Of a DNA stretch of 64,000 nt, positions 25,050 to 39,845 are shown piece after piece. The notes below the pieces were generated by a model that ran no database searches, was not told the origin of the DNA, and was given only the letters and a program-made list of their open reading frames with translations. The translations under genes were made by a program, and so were the position numbers. Numbering within the stretch: position 1 is the first letter of the stretch; the number at the start of each line of letters is the position of its first letter. The stretch is from Eledone cirrhosa (lineage: Eukaryota), in the NCBI GenBank assembly GCA_964016885.1, contig OZ024740.1, positions 331,638,001-331,702,000 of the forward strand. The letters run 5' to 3'.

Positions 25050-25928
25050 TGTTTCTTTATTAGCCACGGGGTAGTAAAGAAGGGGACAAATACAAAGGGG
25101 GAAGTTTACATACAAATACAATAAAAACGTGTAAAATGTTATCACAAATGCAATTTAGAAAGTTAGTCGATTTTCCCCAATAGGTGGAGACAGTTCATAT
25201 GGATAACACATACCCCCGAAAAAGTGTGCAACCCTCAACTCCAGGAGTACGAAGAGTTTGTACTCCTTTCCACTCCTCCTCCTTTTCCTCAACCTACAGG
25301 CTGATATAGAGAGAAGGCTCATTCACTCGGGCCTTTCTCGCCACTTTCACCCACCTTTCATAAAACTTGCTGGGGTGCAGCACCTCTCTCTCCATCCTGA
25401 TTCTTCTTCCAAAGTGGTATTTGAAAAAAAGAACCAGTTGTTGGCCGGAGAGAAAGGTCTCTGACCTCAGCGCTTTCAACCTTGTCCACCATACAACCTC
25501 TTTCGCCATAGCTATCACACAGAGGAAAACCGCCTCTCCTTCGTTTTTGAAGGAGGATGGGGGTTTGATCATGACAATGGACTCGGTGGTCAACCGGTTT
25601 GGTCCCACCCACGACAATAGTCGTTCTACATAGCCCCACCGGTCAGTGACGTCCGGGCAGTGTATGAATGCGTGCGCAACGGTTTCTTCGTTACGCACGC
25701 ACCTCGGACAGATCTTTTTTGTAGGGTCCCTGCCCGGGCGCCCATGTCTGTAGAGCTTGTCTCGAACTGGTAGAGCTCCTCGGTAGCACTGCCAGGCCAG
25801 GGACTTTTGGAAGTTGTCCATCGGTCCCGGGCGGAAGGTCCTACCGAACAGACTATCCAGTTCATCTTCTACGCCTAGAGTTTCACTGAGCGCGTCGTCG
25901 CACTTGCTGCGGATCAACCCTTTATAGA
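25050..25928 (-). mobile_element. Tx1/L1-type LINE, 5'-truncated copy (ORF2 C-terminal CCHC region plus 3' UTR)
   Basis: CPRC...EETVAHAFIHC; AATAAA then GAAACA then (TATC)n; (GATA)n at both junctions. Confidence 0.9.
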
Positions 25929-25961
25929 TAGATAGATAGATAGATAGATATATAGATAGAT

Positions 25962-28900
25962 AAATTTATTTATTAGCCACAAGGGCACAAAAGAAGGGGA
26001 CAAATACAAATGGGGAGTTTACATACAGGTATATGAAAATAAAACTATTAATAAAACAACAAATAATAGAAATTCCCAACAGGGGGGAGGTGTTACACAG
26101 GGGTTGTACACACCCATTTTCCTCGGTCTTTGCTTGACCGAGGTCTGCAGCTTGGTCAGCGTGACGAGTCGTGGGAAGGCTCGCCTCACAAACGGGGCCC
26201 ACACCGGTTGTCTGGTGAGGAATACGTGGAGGTGCCGCAGCCTGGGCGCGTGTTTGCGCATCGTCAGACACGGCATTCCCAGCCCTCCGTTTGAAGGGTG
26301 TTGGCAGCATATGGATCTGCTCACCAAAGGAGCCCATTACTTCCAAAGGAATTGGAAGAGCAAACGCTCCATTTTGGTGAGCGCTTTGGCTGGACAAGGC
26401 ACAACGGTCAAGCGGTAGTAGATGACGGACGCTATAAAAGTGTTCGCCACCTCCGCTCGACCTTTCAAGGATAGTTTGCACTCGGCCCACTTCTGGGTGA
26501 GCGCAAACACCTTGGCCGTCACGTCGTTACAGTTCTTCTCCACCTGGAGGTCAGGACCGAACCAGACCCCGAGCAGCTTTGCCGGTCTTTCCGTCCAGCG
26601 TCCGATGACGTCATCGGAAGGCATCGGTTTGCCTCTCCACGTTCCGAGTTCCAAACCGACGGATTTGTCCCGGTTCAGCTTCGCTCCTGTGAACCTTTCG
26701 TATTCCTCTAATAAGGTGCCCAACTCCCCGATTTGCGAGGTGCTCGACACCATTACTGTCACGTCGTCGGCGTAGGCCGTCGCCGCTTTTCGCAGTCCCG
26801 GTTCCAAAGGGACGCCCTGTAATAGCTCCAACTTCCGCAGTCGTGGCTCGAGAGTCAGTACGTACAGAAGAGAGGAGAGAGGGCATCCCTGTCGGATGGA
26901 TCGCGTGATATGGAACGGCTCCGAGAGGTAGCCGTTCACCTTGACCCTTGAGCAGCTGTTGCTGTTGTGCATTGCAGCAATCCAGCCCCTGAACACGGGA
27001 CCGAAGCCTGCCGCCTCGAACACCGCCTCCAGGTAACGATCAGGGCCCCACCGAAGCCGGGTTTACACCCTACTCTCTCTATGATGTATCGCATGAGGTG
27101 GAGTTTGTCGTGTATGGACCTGGTCGGGATTGCGCATGTCTGCGCTTCTCCCACCAGGTTTTCGACGACAAGCGCCAGCCTCTTTGCCAACACCCTGGCC
27201 AAAATCTGTAACTCTGTGTTGAGCAGAGTTATGGACCGGAAGTTGCCTATGTCATCACCCTTGTTCTCGTCCTTCCTGACTAACGTGATTACACCCTTGG
27301 TCACCGAACTGGGAATTCTTCTGTTCTGCTGCTAGTTGCAGTAGACCTCTTCCAGGAGACCGGAGAACAAGTCCGGCATTTCTACGTAAAATTCGTAGGG
27401 TAGACCGTCGAGACCTGGAGATTTGCGTTTGCCGCATTGGCTCAGCGCCTCCCCTATCTCAGCGTCGAAATCGGGCTTTCGCAGAACTTTGCCTCGCTGT
27501 CCGAGAGTCGCGGTAGACCGTCGATGTATGGACCGAAATCCATAGCTCCTCCCGGCGCGCCGCCCTGCCCGAACAGTTCAGCAGAATGCCGCTGAAAGGC
27601 CGCGCACATTTGCTTCGGCTCACGTATCACGCGTCCGTCTTGGTCCTTCAAAGACCGAATCGTGGACTTGTTGCCACTTTTCGCCTCCGTCACTCGGGCC
27701 CAGCTAACAGCTTTGGCTCCCTCGTTTCCCAGAGCACGTATTTTGCTTCTGACAAGGCAACCTTCATGCTTTGCGTTGAAGAACTGGTCCAAGGCCGTTC
27801 TCGTCGCTGGCACGCTGGCTACGTTGCCACTCCTAAGTACCTCTTCTACTTTATCTACCAGTTCCTTTTCGGTATTATTTCTATCTAACACTAATTCTTT
27901 ACTAAAACCTATCGAGTCTAATCTAACTGCCCTCTTGAGAGAGTACCACCATCTGTTGTTGGCAATGGCCCCCGTCTAGTGCTGCTTAACTAAAGTGCTA
28001 ATCCGTCTACTGTAGGGTTTGCATGTCGGTAACGACAAGTTCAGCTTCCAGTAGCTGGGTCCCTGTCTATGGGTTTTGTCAAAGTTGACTAAGCAGGTCA
28101 CTAATTTGTGATCTGAATAGGCAACCATCAACATTTGTGGACAGCTTAACATGTCCCTATCCTTCTTTCTAACTAGAACCCTATATAGGTACGATCTAGA
28201 TGTTCCGCTAATATTAGTCCACGTCCACAGTGGCACAGTCAGAAAATCTAGTCGATATATATCGGCCAGGTCAAATCGGCCGATTAAATGTTTGAGGCTG
28301 TTACACCCTCCTCTATCGGGACATGCACCCACATAGTCCCAACGTGCATCTAGGATTCCATTCCAGTCCCCCACTAACAGCAGAGAACGGGACGTTCCAA
28401 GAAAGCTCTCTAGACGTTGAATAAGTTTGGCCGTGGTGTCCCGGATGGGGCATATGTGGCAACCAGCCTGAAGGCTCCACCTTCACTACCGTCAACGTCT
28501 AGGACCACCAGTCGACTCTCCGGGTCCAGATGTACCGTCTGTGTTACGAGGTCCAGGTGTTTCTGCAGCAAAACGGCAACCCCACCCCCACCTCCCGGCT
28601 GACAGAGATATGCGTAGATCTCAAAGTCGTCGAAGATGGGGGCCAGTTGTCGCTCGCTGTGGGTCATGGACTCGTAAATGGCTGCTACATCCATGTTGTG
28701 CGACCTGATGTCGTTTAAGAGTTTGCCCTGTTTCCAGGGCATCCCCAGGCCGCGTACACTCACACATCCAACTCTTATATTGGCTATGTTGATGCTGAAA
28801 AATTAACAGAAGAGGAAAATAAATCACTCATCTCTTCGTCTCCTGGGGACCAGGCTGCACAATTTGCATGGGGATGTTGGAGTGGTTGTTTGGTGGGGTG

Positions 28901-31020
28901 GTTGTCTCTGGAGGGGTGGGGACAGAGATGTTTGGTGGGGAGGGGGTGTATTGTGGGATGGGGGGGGGAAACATTTAATAGGACTCTATTGTAGGGTTTG
29001 ACGCAGATGTTACCTACGTCGTTAGGAAATTTTTCTTTCTTTTTAATTGTTTGTGTGTCCAAGGAGGTCCTAATCATTTTAAGATTATGATTCTCCGAAG
29101 AGTGTGTAAAAGTTTTCCCTTCGGTCTCCACCGAAGGGTTTTTATATATGGTGTCTGTTAAAGTTTTATTGTTAGTATTTATGTAGGTGTAACATTTTTG
29201 TTGTGTTGGGTTGCTTTTTGTCTGTGGTTCATGTGTTTTGTTTTCAGGAGGGGTTGTTTTTGTTTGTGCTGTTTGCGTCGCTTGTGTTGGTGTTTGTGTG
29301 TTTGTTGCATTTTTCTTTGTGTTATGTCTTGTCTTTTTTCTTTTTACTCGTCGGAAAGGTTCTCCCTCATCGTCACTGGGTGACGATGATGAAGCCTCAT
29401 CCGTGCTGTTGGGGATGGGTACGTTTTGGGGAGCTGTTATGTTTGTGGGTGTTTCTGGAGTTGTTTTAGGTGGGGAGGGTTGGGTGGGACTGTGTTTGTC
29501 GTTTGTTTTGTTGTCACTATTTTTTTATGTTGTTGTTGTTGTGGTGGTGTGATTGTTGTGCTGGTGTTGCAGGTGTTGGCAGTAGTGCCTTTTTTGGCTA
29601 GTTAGCCGAGGACAGGCAGCTCTCAGATGACCCCTCCTTCAGCAGTGGTAACATGAGGGCCGTCTACCCTCGACCGAAATGTTTATGTATATAAGTCCAT
29701 CCAGCAACACACGTTCCGGGATCCTAGCTATTCGTTCTGGTGTCATTTTGACCAGAACTTCCAGGCTAGTTCCGCTGAACAGGTCGCCGGAGGACTTAAC
29801 TACCGATATTATATAGTCTGTTTCGTGGTTTAAAAATCCACATAGTAGCCACCAAATGTCAATATTTGGTGTGATACTTTGGATTTTTATTTTCTGTGTC
29901 CTTTTCTCCATGTAAGTGGGGAAAAAGGTGAACAGCGGTGACACAATTGGCGACACAGAATATTTATGTGCCGTCAATTGGTCTTTTATTAGAATGGATA
30001 AACTCGCGTAGAGTTTACCTTTCTGAATAAAAGCAATGTCTTTTAAGGCATTCTTTAAAGCCAACTCAATTTCGCCTTGTGAAAGTTGACTCGGTTTTCG
30101 TGTTTTATTTGAGATTGTCCTGAAAATCACAGTTTTCAAGGCAGCTTCTCTTCGCCAACCTGGGGGAGCGTTTATGGAGGATGATCCGTTCTCCCCAAAA
30201 GTTACATATTGTCTGGCGTTATTGAAAAGCTCATTTGCATTTGAAATATCTACCGGGGTGTAGCTTACCGTTTTCTTTACGGTTTGCGCAAATGATATTT
30301 TGTCGTTTACTTCCTTGTTGCCGTTATTGGCATTGTTGTTGTTATTATTGTTCTTATTGTTGATGTTGTTTTCGTTTTTTCCGTTGTTGGTGCTGTTGGT
30401 TGTGGTTTTGTTGTCGTTGTTGTTCTTCTTGTTTTCGTTGTCACTGTTGTTGTTGATGGCGTTGTTTTGGTTTGTGCCATTCACAGTTTTCGTGTTGGTG
30501 GTGCTGCTGTTGTTGTCAGGGTGGGTTTTAAACATATCGAAGTATTTCAACGAGGCCGTGCGAGCTGCTTCTTGGCTTGACAGTTTTACCGTCCCTCCAC
30601 CACCTCTGTCTAATTGTTGGCTGACAGATTTGATGTTGTTGTTGTTTTTGTTGCTGTTGTCGTTACTGTTGTTGTTGGTGGTGATAGCAGCAGGCAGACA
30701 GCCTTCACCTGCTACTAGTGCTGTGGAAGGTGATATTAACAGCCCATCTCCACAATTCTCTGATGTGTTTTTTGTGAAGTGGAGGTCAAAGAATTTCGCC
30801 ATTTTGGCTATATTCAAAACACCCTGGTAGAAATTTTGTGGAATTTCTCCGTTTTTCGCCGTGATGGGCTTATTATTTGGGGTTGCTACCACCCACAACG
30901 TGTAGGGAGGTAGCTTATCTACAAAATGGTGTAAGAATGTAGATTCAGTTAATGCAATTGCCAATGAAATTAAAACAGTTACTCATCAGTGCGTTTTCCA
31001 CGTGTTAGACAGAATCCAAG
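25962..31020 (-). mobile_element. Tx1/L1-type LINE, near-full-length, with ~0.8-kb deletion near the 3' end
   Basis: ORF1 (~28800-30805; Asn-rich, CCHC knuckle) and ORF2 (~26110-28790; APE: VRGL, GDWN, SDH, YWKLN; RT: ITLLN, RQGCPLS, YADDV); multiple frameshifts. Confidence 0.9.
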
Positions 31021-31294
31021 ATAGATAGATATGTTTCTTTTATTTGCCACCAGGGCATCAAAAGTGGGACAAGTACATTGGGGGGAGTTTACAAAACAAG
31101 GCGTCCTCAATAGGGAGGAGGCAATAAAAATATATAAAAATAAAATCAAATATAACAAAAAATAAAATTATAACCAAATCCTCAATAGAGAGGAGGCGCC
31201 TTGGGGGGTCGCACACACCCCCGAAAAAAGTGGGCAACCCTTCTCCTCAGGAGCACAGAGAGGGGGTGCTCCCTCGTTCCTTGCTCTTTTCCAC

Positions 31295-34200
31295 CTACAG
31301 GCTTATGTAAAGAGAAGGCCCATTCACACGGGCCATTCTCGCCACTTTCACCCACCTTTCATAAAAACGACTGGGGTGGAGCACCTCTCTCTCGATCCTG
31401 ATCCTTCTTCCGAAATGATATCGGAAAAAACGGACCAGTTGTTGGCCAGAGAGAAAGGTGCTTGACCTCAGTCCTTTCAGACGCGTCCACCATACAACTT
31501 CTTTCACTATGGCTATTACGCACAGAAACACCGCCGCTCCTTCATCTTTGAAGGGGGGAGGCGGCTTGATCATTACAATGGACTCGGTGGTCAACCGGAT
31601 CGGTCCCACCCTTGACAGCAGTTGTTCGACATAGCCCCACAGATCGGCTACGCCCGAGCAGTGTACGAATGCGTGTGCAACGGTTTCCTCGTCGCACACG
31701 CATCTGGGACAGATCTTTTTGGCGGGGTCCCTACCCGGGCGCCCGTGTCTGTAGAGCTTTTCTCGAACGGGTAGAGCCCCTCGGTAGCACTGCCAAGCCA
31801 GGGACTTCTGGAAGTTGTCCATAGGTCCCGGGCTGAATGTCCTACCGAACAGGCTGGCCAGTTCGTCCTCCTCCATGTCTAGGGCTTCTCCGAGGGCGTC
31901 GTCGCACCTGCTGCGTACCAGCCCTCTATAGAATGTTGCGGTGGAGTCTCCACTGATAACCGGATCCGCCTGCCAGAGGGCGGTGAGCGCCTGGGCACAC
32001 TCAGTGTGCCAGGCGCCCAGTTTTCTCGGTCTTTGCTTGACCCAGGATTGCAGCTCGGTGAGTGAGACGAGTCTGGGAAAGGTTCATCTCACAAACGAGG
32101 CCCACACCGGTTGACCGGTGAGGAATACGTAGAGGTGCCGTAACCTTAATGCGTGTTTACGCATCATTAGCCACGGCACCCCAGCCCTCCTTTCGAAGGG
32201 TGTTGACAGCAGATAGATCTCCTCACCAAGGGAGCCCGCCTCTTCCAAAGGAATTGGAAGAGCGCGCGCTCCATCTTGGCCGGGGTTTCCCTTGGGCAGG
32301 GCACTACGGTCAGGCGGTAGTAGATGACGGACGCTATATAGGTGTTCGCCACCTCCGCCTGACCTTTCAGGGATAGTTTGCAACTGGCCCATTTCTGGGT
32401 CAGTGCAAACACCCTGTCGTAACCTCCGCCCAGTTCTTCTCCACCTGGAGGTCCGGTCCGACCAGACCCCGAGCAACTTCACCGGGCCCTCCGTCCAACG
32501 TCCGACGACGCCATCGGAGGGCATCGGTCTGCCCCTCCACGTGCCGAGTTGCAAACCCATCGACTTGTCCCGGTTCAGCTTAGACCCTGTGAACCTTTCG
32601 TACTCCTCCAGTAAGGTGCCGACCGCCCCGATTTCGGAGGCCGTCGACACCATTACTGTCACGTCATCGGCGTAGGCCGACACCGCTTTCCGCAATCTCG
32701 GTTCCAAAGGGATGCTCTGCAACAACTCCAACTTCCGCAGTAGTGGCTCGAGAGTCAACACATACAGAAGGGAGGAGAGAAGGCACCCTTGTCGGATGGA
32801 CCGCGCGGTTTTGAACGGCTCCGAAAGGTAGCCGTTCACCTTGACCCTAGAGCAGATGCGGCTGCTGTGCATAGCAGTGATCCAGCCCCTGAAAACGGGT
32901 CCGAAGCCTGCCGCCGCTAGCACCGCATCCAGGTAACCATGGTCGACCCTATTGAACGCCTTAGATTGATCCAAGTTGATCAGAGCCCCACCAAAGCCGG
33001 GTTCGTTCCCAACCCTCTCTATGATGTATCGCATGAGGTGGAGGTTGTCATGGATGGACCTGGACGGGATAGCACATGTCTGCGCATCTCCCACCAGGTT
33101 GCCCACACAAGCGCCAACCTCTTTGCTAGCACCTTGGCCAAAATCTGTAACTCTGTATTTAGAAGAGTTATGGGCCTGAAGTTACTTATTTCGTCCCCCT
33201 TGTTCTCGTCCTTCCTCACTCCCGTTCTGTTGCCAGTTGCAGTAGACCGCCTCGGGGAGATCGGGGAACAAGTCCGGCATAGCTAGATATAATTCGTAAG
33301 GGAGACCATCGAGACCCGGGGATTTGCGTTTGCCGCATTGGCTCAGCAGGTCCTCTATCTCAGCGGCCGAAAACGGCTCCTCGCAGGACTTCGCCTCCCT
33401 GTCCGAGAGACGCAGCAGGCCGTCGAAGTATGGACCGAAGTCCACATCCCCAACCGGCTCCCCGCCCCTCCCGAACAGTCGGGCAAAGTGGCTTTGAAAG
33501 GCCTCACACATCTGCCAAAGACCGGATGGTGGATTTAGTTTCACTGTTGGCCTCTGTCACGCGGGCCCAGCTAACAGCTTTGGTCCCCTCGTTCCCTAGA
33601 GCACGTATTTTACTTCGGACAACGCAGCCTTCGTGCTTCGCGTCGAAAAACTGGCTCAAAGCCGTTCTCGACGCTAGCACTCTGGCCACGTCGCCGCTTC
33701 TAATTGCCTCTTCTACTCTATCTATTAGCTCCCTTTCCTTCCTATTCCTATCCGTAGCTAGAACCTTACTAAATTCTATCGAGACTACTCTAATCTCTCT
33801 CTCTTTAGAGATACCCACCACCTGCTGTTGACGATCGCAGTCAACCGTTCCTTAACTAACGTACTAATCCGATCCCTGTAAGTTCTACTTCCCGGGAAGG
33901 ACAAGTTGAGCTTCCAGTAACCGGGGCCCTGTCTATGCGTTCTATCAAGGTTGACCATGCAGGTCACCAACTTGTGGTCTGAATAGCCAACCATGAGCAT
34001 TTCTGGACAACTTAAAAAGTCCCTGTCCTTATTTCTAAGTAAAACCTATCTAGGTACGACCTAGATGATCCGCTGCGATTTGACCAAGACCAGGTTGGCA
34101 CCGTCGGAAAATCTAGTCGAACTCTATCGGCCAGGTCAAATCGGCCGAGTAACCCCTTGAGGCTGTTGCACCCCTATCTATCGGGACATGCCCCTGCATA

Positions 34201-34650
34201 GTCCCAACGTGCATCCAGGATACCATTCCAGTCCCCGACTAAAAGCAGGGAACGGGATGTCCCTAGAAAAGACTCCAGACGCTGGAAAAAGTCGGGCCGC
34301 TCTGTCCCAAAATATGCGGTTACCAGCCTAAAGGCTCTACCTGCACCACTGCCAAGGTCCAGCACCACCAGTCGACCCCCTGGGTCCAAGTGAACTATCT
34401 GTGTTGCAAGGCCCAGATGTTTTTGCAGCAGAACGACAACCCCACCCCCACCTCCGGGCAGACAGAGAGATGCGTGCATCTCAAAGTCGTCAAAGGTGGG
34501 GGCTAGCTGCCGCATGCTGCTGATCCGGGCCTCGCAGATAACCATCACATTTATAGATCGTGACCTGAGGTCATTTAGAAGCATTGCTTGCTTCCAAGAT
34601 GAGCCCAGGCCACGCGCATTTAGACACCCTACTCTTAGCACAGCCATGTT
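31295..34650 (-). pseudogene. ORF2: APE endonuclease, reverse transcriptase, C-terminal zinc knuckle (frameshifted)
   Basis: GCLNARGL, VGDWNG, SDHKLV, GPGYWKLN, KSPGLDGLP, FRPITLLN, LDQSKAF, RQGC, YADDV, CPRC..EETVAHAFVHC. Confidence 0.9.
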
Positions 34651-34981
34651 GGTGGTAAGGAGAAAAGGCACTTACCTCTCTGCGTCCCGGGAAACGGGCC
34701 GCTCAATTTCCATGCTGGTTGGGGATGGGTTGTTGGGTGGGGTGGTGGTTTGTGGAAGTGAAGGGGCATCAGTGTGTTGTGGGGTTGGGGTGTTTGTGGT
34801 TGAGTGGGTGTCTGGTTGGGGGGGGGGGTTTAGGAGGACGCGGTTGATTGGTTTGGCGCGGGGGGGGGGGGGACACGTCCTCCCTGAAATTTATTTTCAG
34901 TGTTTTGTAAAAGTTCATTGGGACTTTAATCATTTTTAAATGAGGTAGTCCCACAGCAGTTATAAAGTTAGGCCCTTCAGT

Positions 34982-35347
34982 TTAGACCGAAGGGTTTGCT
35001 GAAATTGTTTTCAGTAGTTCTGTGTTGTCTGTGTTCATGTATGTATATTGTAAAGTCTTTTTTTGTGTAGCAGTTAGTGTTGTGTGACAGGGAGGGGTGG
35101 TTTGTGTGTAGTTTGTGTTCTCTTGGGGAGGGTTAAAGTTAACATGTATGTCTGTGGTGCGTCTCCTCTTCTTTCTTTTTACTTGTTGGAAGGGATCTTT
35201 TTCGTCTTGCGACGAAAGGGGTTCGTCTTCCTTGTTGGGTGGGAGGGGTATGTTTTCTGGTAGTGTTTGCGGTGTGTGTGTTTTTGTATTTGTTTTGGGT
35301 GGGGAGGGATTGGGTGGGACAGTATTCTGTGTTGTTTTTTCACGTGT

Positions 35348-35381
<34 letters not shown>

Positions 35382-36544
35382 GGTGGTGGTGGTGGTGGTG
35401 TTGTTGGTTTTTGTTGTTGTTGTTGTTGTGGTTGTTTTTGTTGTTGTTGTTGGGGTGGTGTTGGTGTTGGTAGCAGTGTTTTTTTCTGTGTGAGCTGGGG
35501 ACAGGCAGCCTTCAGGTGACCTCTATTGCCACAGAGGTAACAGGAGGGACGTCTACCCTCCACAATAATGTTGAGGTGGGTACGGTCATCCAGCATGACG
35601 CGCTCAGAGATTTGGACGATACGTTCTGGCCTTATTTGGGTCAGAACTTCGATACTCGTTCCACTGAACGCGTCGCCGGATGCCTTCCCTATTGAAATGA
35701 GCTTGTCCTCGTCTAAATTGAGGAAACCGGTTAGTAACCACCAGTAGTTTATGTTTGGGGTGATGGTGGTTATCCATATTCTCTGGGGTTTTTTACCCAT
35801 GTAGGTGGGGAAGAAGGTGTAGTGTGTGGAACGAATTGGCGACACAGAGTATTTTTTCGCCGCTAATTCGTCTTTCATCAATATGGATAAACTCCCATAG
35901 AGTTTATCCTTTTGTATGAAAGTGATGTCTCTCATCGCTTCTTTCAGTACTAATTGAATTTCAGCTTGAGATGGTTGTGCTGGTTTTTTTGTTTTATTTA
36001 AAATTGTACGGAATACGACAGTTCGTAATTCCGTCTGTTTTTTTAGTTCTGGAGGTGAATTTATAGAAAACGAACCGTTTTCGCCAAAAGATACATATTT
36101 CTTGGCTTTTTCCAGCATTTCTTTTGCTTTTGAAATATCTTCAAGCACATACGTGACTGATAATTTAGCCGTTTGTGCAAAAGATATTTTGTTTTCGTTG
36201 TTGGTGTTTGTATTGTTTTGTTTCTCGTCGTTTGTGTTGTTTTCATCTTTGTTGTTGTTGTTGTCTTTCTCGTTTGGTGTGTGGATACTTGTGACGTTTG
36301 TGTTGTTGTTGTTTTTGTTGTCTTTATTGTTGCTGTTGTTGTCGTTGTTGTAGTTGTTGTTTTCAGTTTCTTGTATAGTTGTGGCTACATCTAGTGGTCG
36401 GTCAACAGGTGAAGACAATTCTTCCTCTGGCTGACCTCTGCCTTTGGCATCTGCTGCTGTGACAGTGGCAGGGGGGAGCTGTGAGTATGACTTCATCTTT
36501 CCTTCTTTGATTGTTGGTGAAGATGTTTCAGCCATTTTTCTCAA
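34982..36544 (-). CDS. ORF1: gag-like nucleic-acid-binding protein (C-terminus likely frameshifted on to ~34660)
   Basis: 520-aa open frame with CYLCGNRGHLKAAC knuckle, Asn-rich and Gln/Pro-rich tracts, KRKKRRR; homologous to 29639-30805. Confidence 0.8.
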
Positions 36545-36982
36545 AATAGGGTTTTTCGAAATTTTTCGAAAGATAAAATGTTTACAACACTATTTCGCCC
36601 AAAGGCGCAGAATATTTTGAGAGACCGACCAGATCAAAATTTGACCTGGCATTCCCTCTACAAAATGGTACAAAAATGAAAGTTTACAGTTCACAATTTC
36701 CGGATAAATTTAAACGAAACTTACCGAGCGAGCTCAGCACATGTATCCATCGTAAAGAGATAGATAGATATATAGATAGATAGATGGATACATATTTTTG
36801 TTTCGAAAGATAAATTGGTAGCCCTTTCCTCGCCACTAAACTTATTAGAACTGTGTGAGGAGTGGAATAATTCAAATTACTATTTTCCTGTCAAATATAT
36901 AACGACGTATTTGATGACCTTGTGTTTTATTATTGAACATATATACAGGACACACACACATATATACATATACACACACACT

Positions 36983-37032
<50 letters not shown>

Positions 37033-37039
37033 TACATAA

Positions 37040-38746
<1,707 letters not shown>

Positions 38747-38964
38747 TCATTTATTTATTTATTTATTTACTTATTTATTTACTTTTTCTTTTTCTTTTCC
38801 TTTTATTTACAAAAGCACTCTGGCTAATTGACCACTCCCCAAAGAAAAAACGGCCTGTGCCATGTTGTGGTCCTGTGTATCTAAATACCATCCCCCCCCC
38901 CCATCCACCACCCCTCCCTTACCACTACCTAAATGTATAAATACCAGAACTTAATATGACACCC

Positions 38965-39015
38965 AGCTTCCTGAAGATTTCATCTGAATGAAACAGTACT
39001 AGTCCTGTAGAAGCT
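38965..39015 (+). ncRNA. Type I hammerhead ribozyme in a solo pLTR (~38945-39100)
   Basis: AGCTTC CTGAAGA T TTC ATCT GAA T GAAA CAG TACTAGTC CTG TA GAAGCT; GUA triplet. Confidence 0.85.
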
Positions 39016-39221
39016 CATTCTATACAATAAATATATTTTACTCTGCCATGTATTGAGTACCTTACTTACTGTGGTTATCCCCGACTCAACCCGGGACCTA
39101 CGTATATATAAATATTTTTAATGCGATGAAATACCCATGATCGTTTGGTAAATCACTGATGAGGGACTCATTTTATAACATGTTATCCATGTGCAACGAG
39201 CAGTATTCTTCTCACCCATAT

Positions 39222-39272
<51 letters not shown>

Positions 39273-39705
39273 TATATACTTATGTGTGTGTGTGTTTGTA
39301 TATGTGTATATAGAATGTCTTGATATGGGAAATTATTTATTTCTTCAAAATTATATGATGGTTATTGCTATTTCATGACATATATGATTTGATGTTTCCT
39401 TTTGAGATTCATTACCATTGATAGTTCTTTCTTTTTTTCATCACGAGTGTGATATCATAGGGGTTACAAGAGGTGACAAGGCAGGCACATTTGTGTTGGT
39501 TCCGACAGATATCTTAGTTATTTTGCAACTTTAGTAGTGCTAAAGATATTAAAAACTCGTGACAACATACTTACAGATATAATATGTATATGTAGGTATT
39601 TGCTATGTATTCTCGTTCACATATTGTTTCACTAATTGATTTGCCTGGAGCAATGAGATGGATAACCCGTGATAAATTATATCTAAATGTTTGTGTAATG
39701 TAGCG

Positions 39706-39780
<75 letters not shown>

Positions 39781-39812
39781 CTGGTGGTGGTGGTGGTGGT
39801 GGTAGTAGTAGT

Positions 39813-39845
<33 letters not shown>
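39706..39845. repeat. Compound trinucleotide microsatellite (GTA)n(GTG)n(GCA)n
   Basis: Direct reading. Confidence 0.95.

Larger units (their letters stand above)
31031..36757 (-). mobile_element. Tx1/L1-type LINE, full-length decayed copy
   Basis: 5' UTR, ORF1, ORF2 with APE/RT/CCHC, 3' UTR with AATAAA; (GATA)n at 31020-31030 and 36758-36790. Confidence 0.92.

Noticed and set aside
30300-30830. Hydrophobic plus-strand ORFs (also 35115-35519, 36102-36394)
   Set aside because: Antisense shadows of the Asn/Gln-rich Tx1 ORF1.
39150-39200. CACTGATGAGGGACTC as a hammerhead
   Set aside because: No downstream GAAA or stem II/III partner visible.
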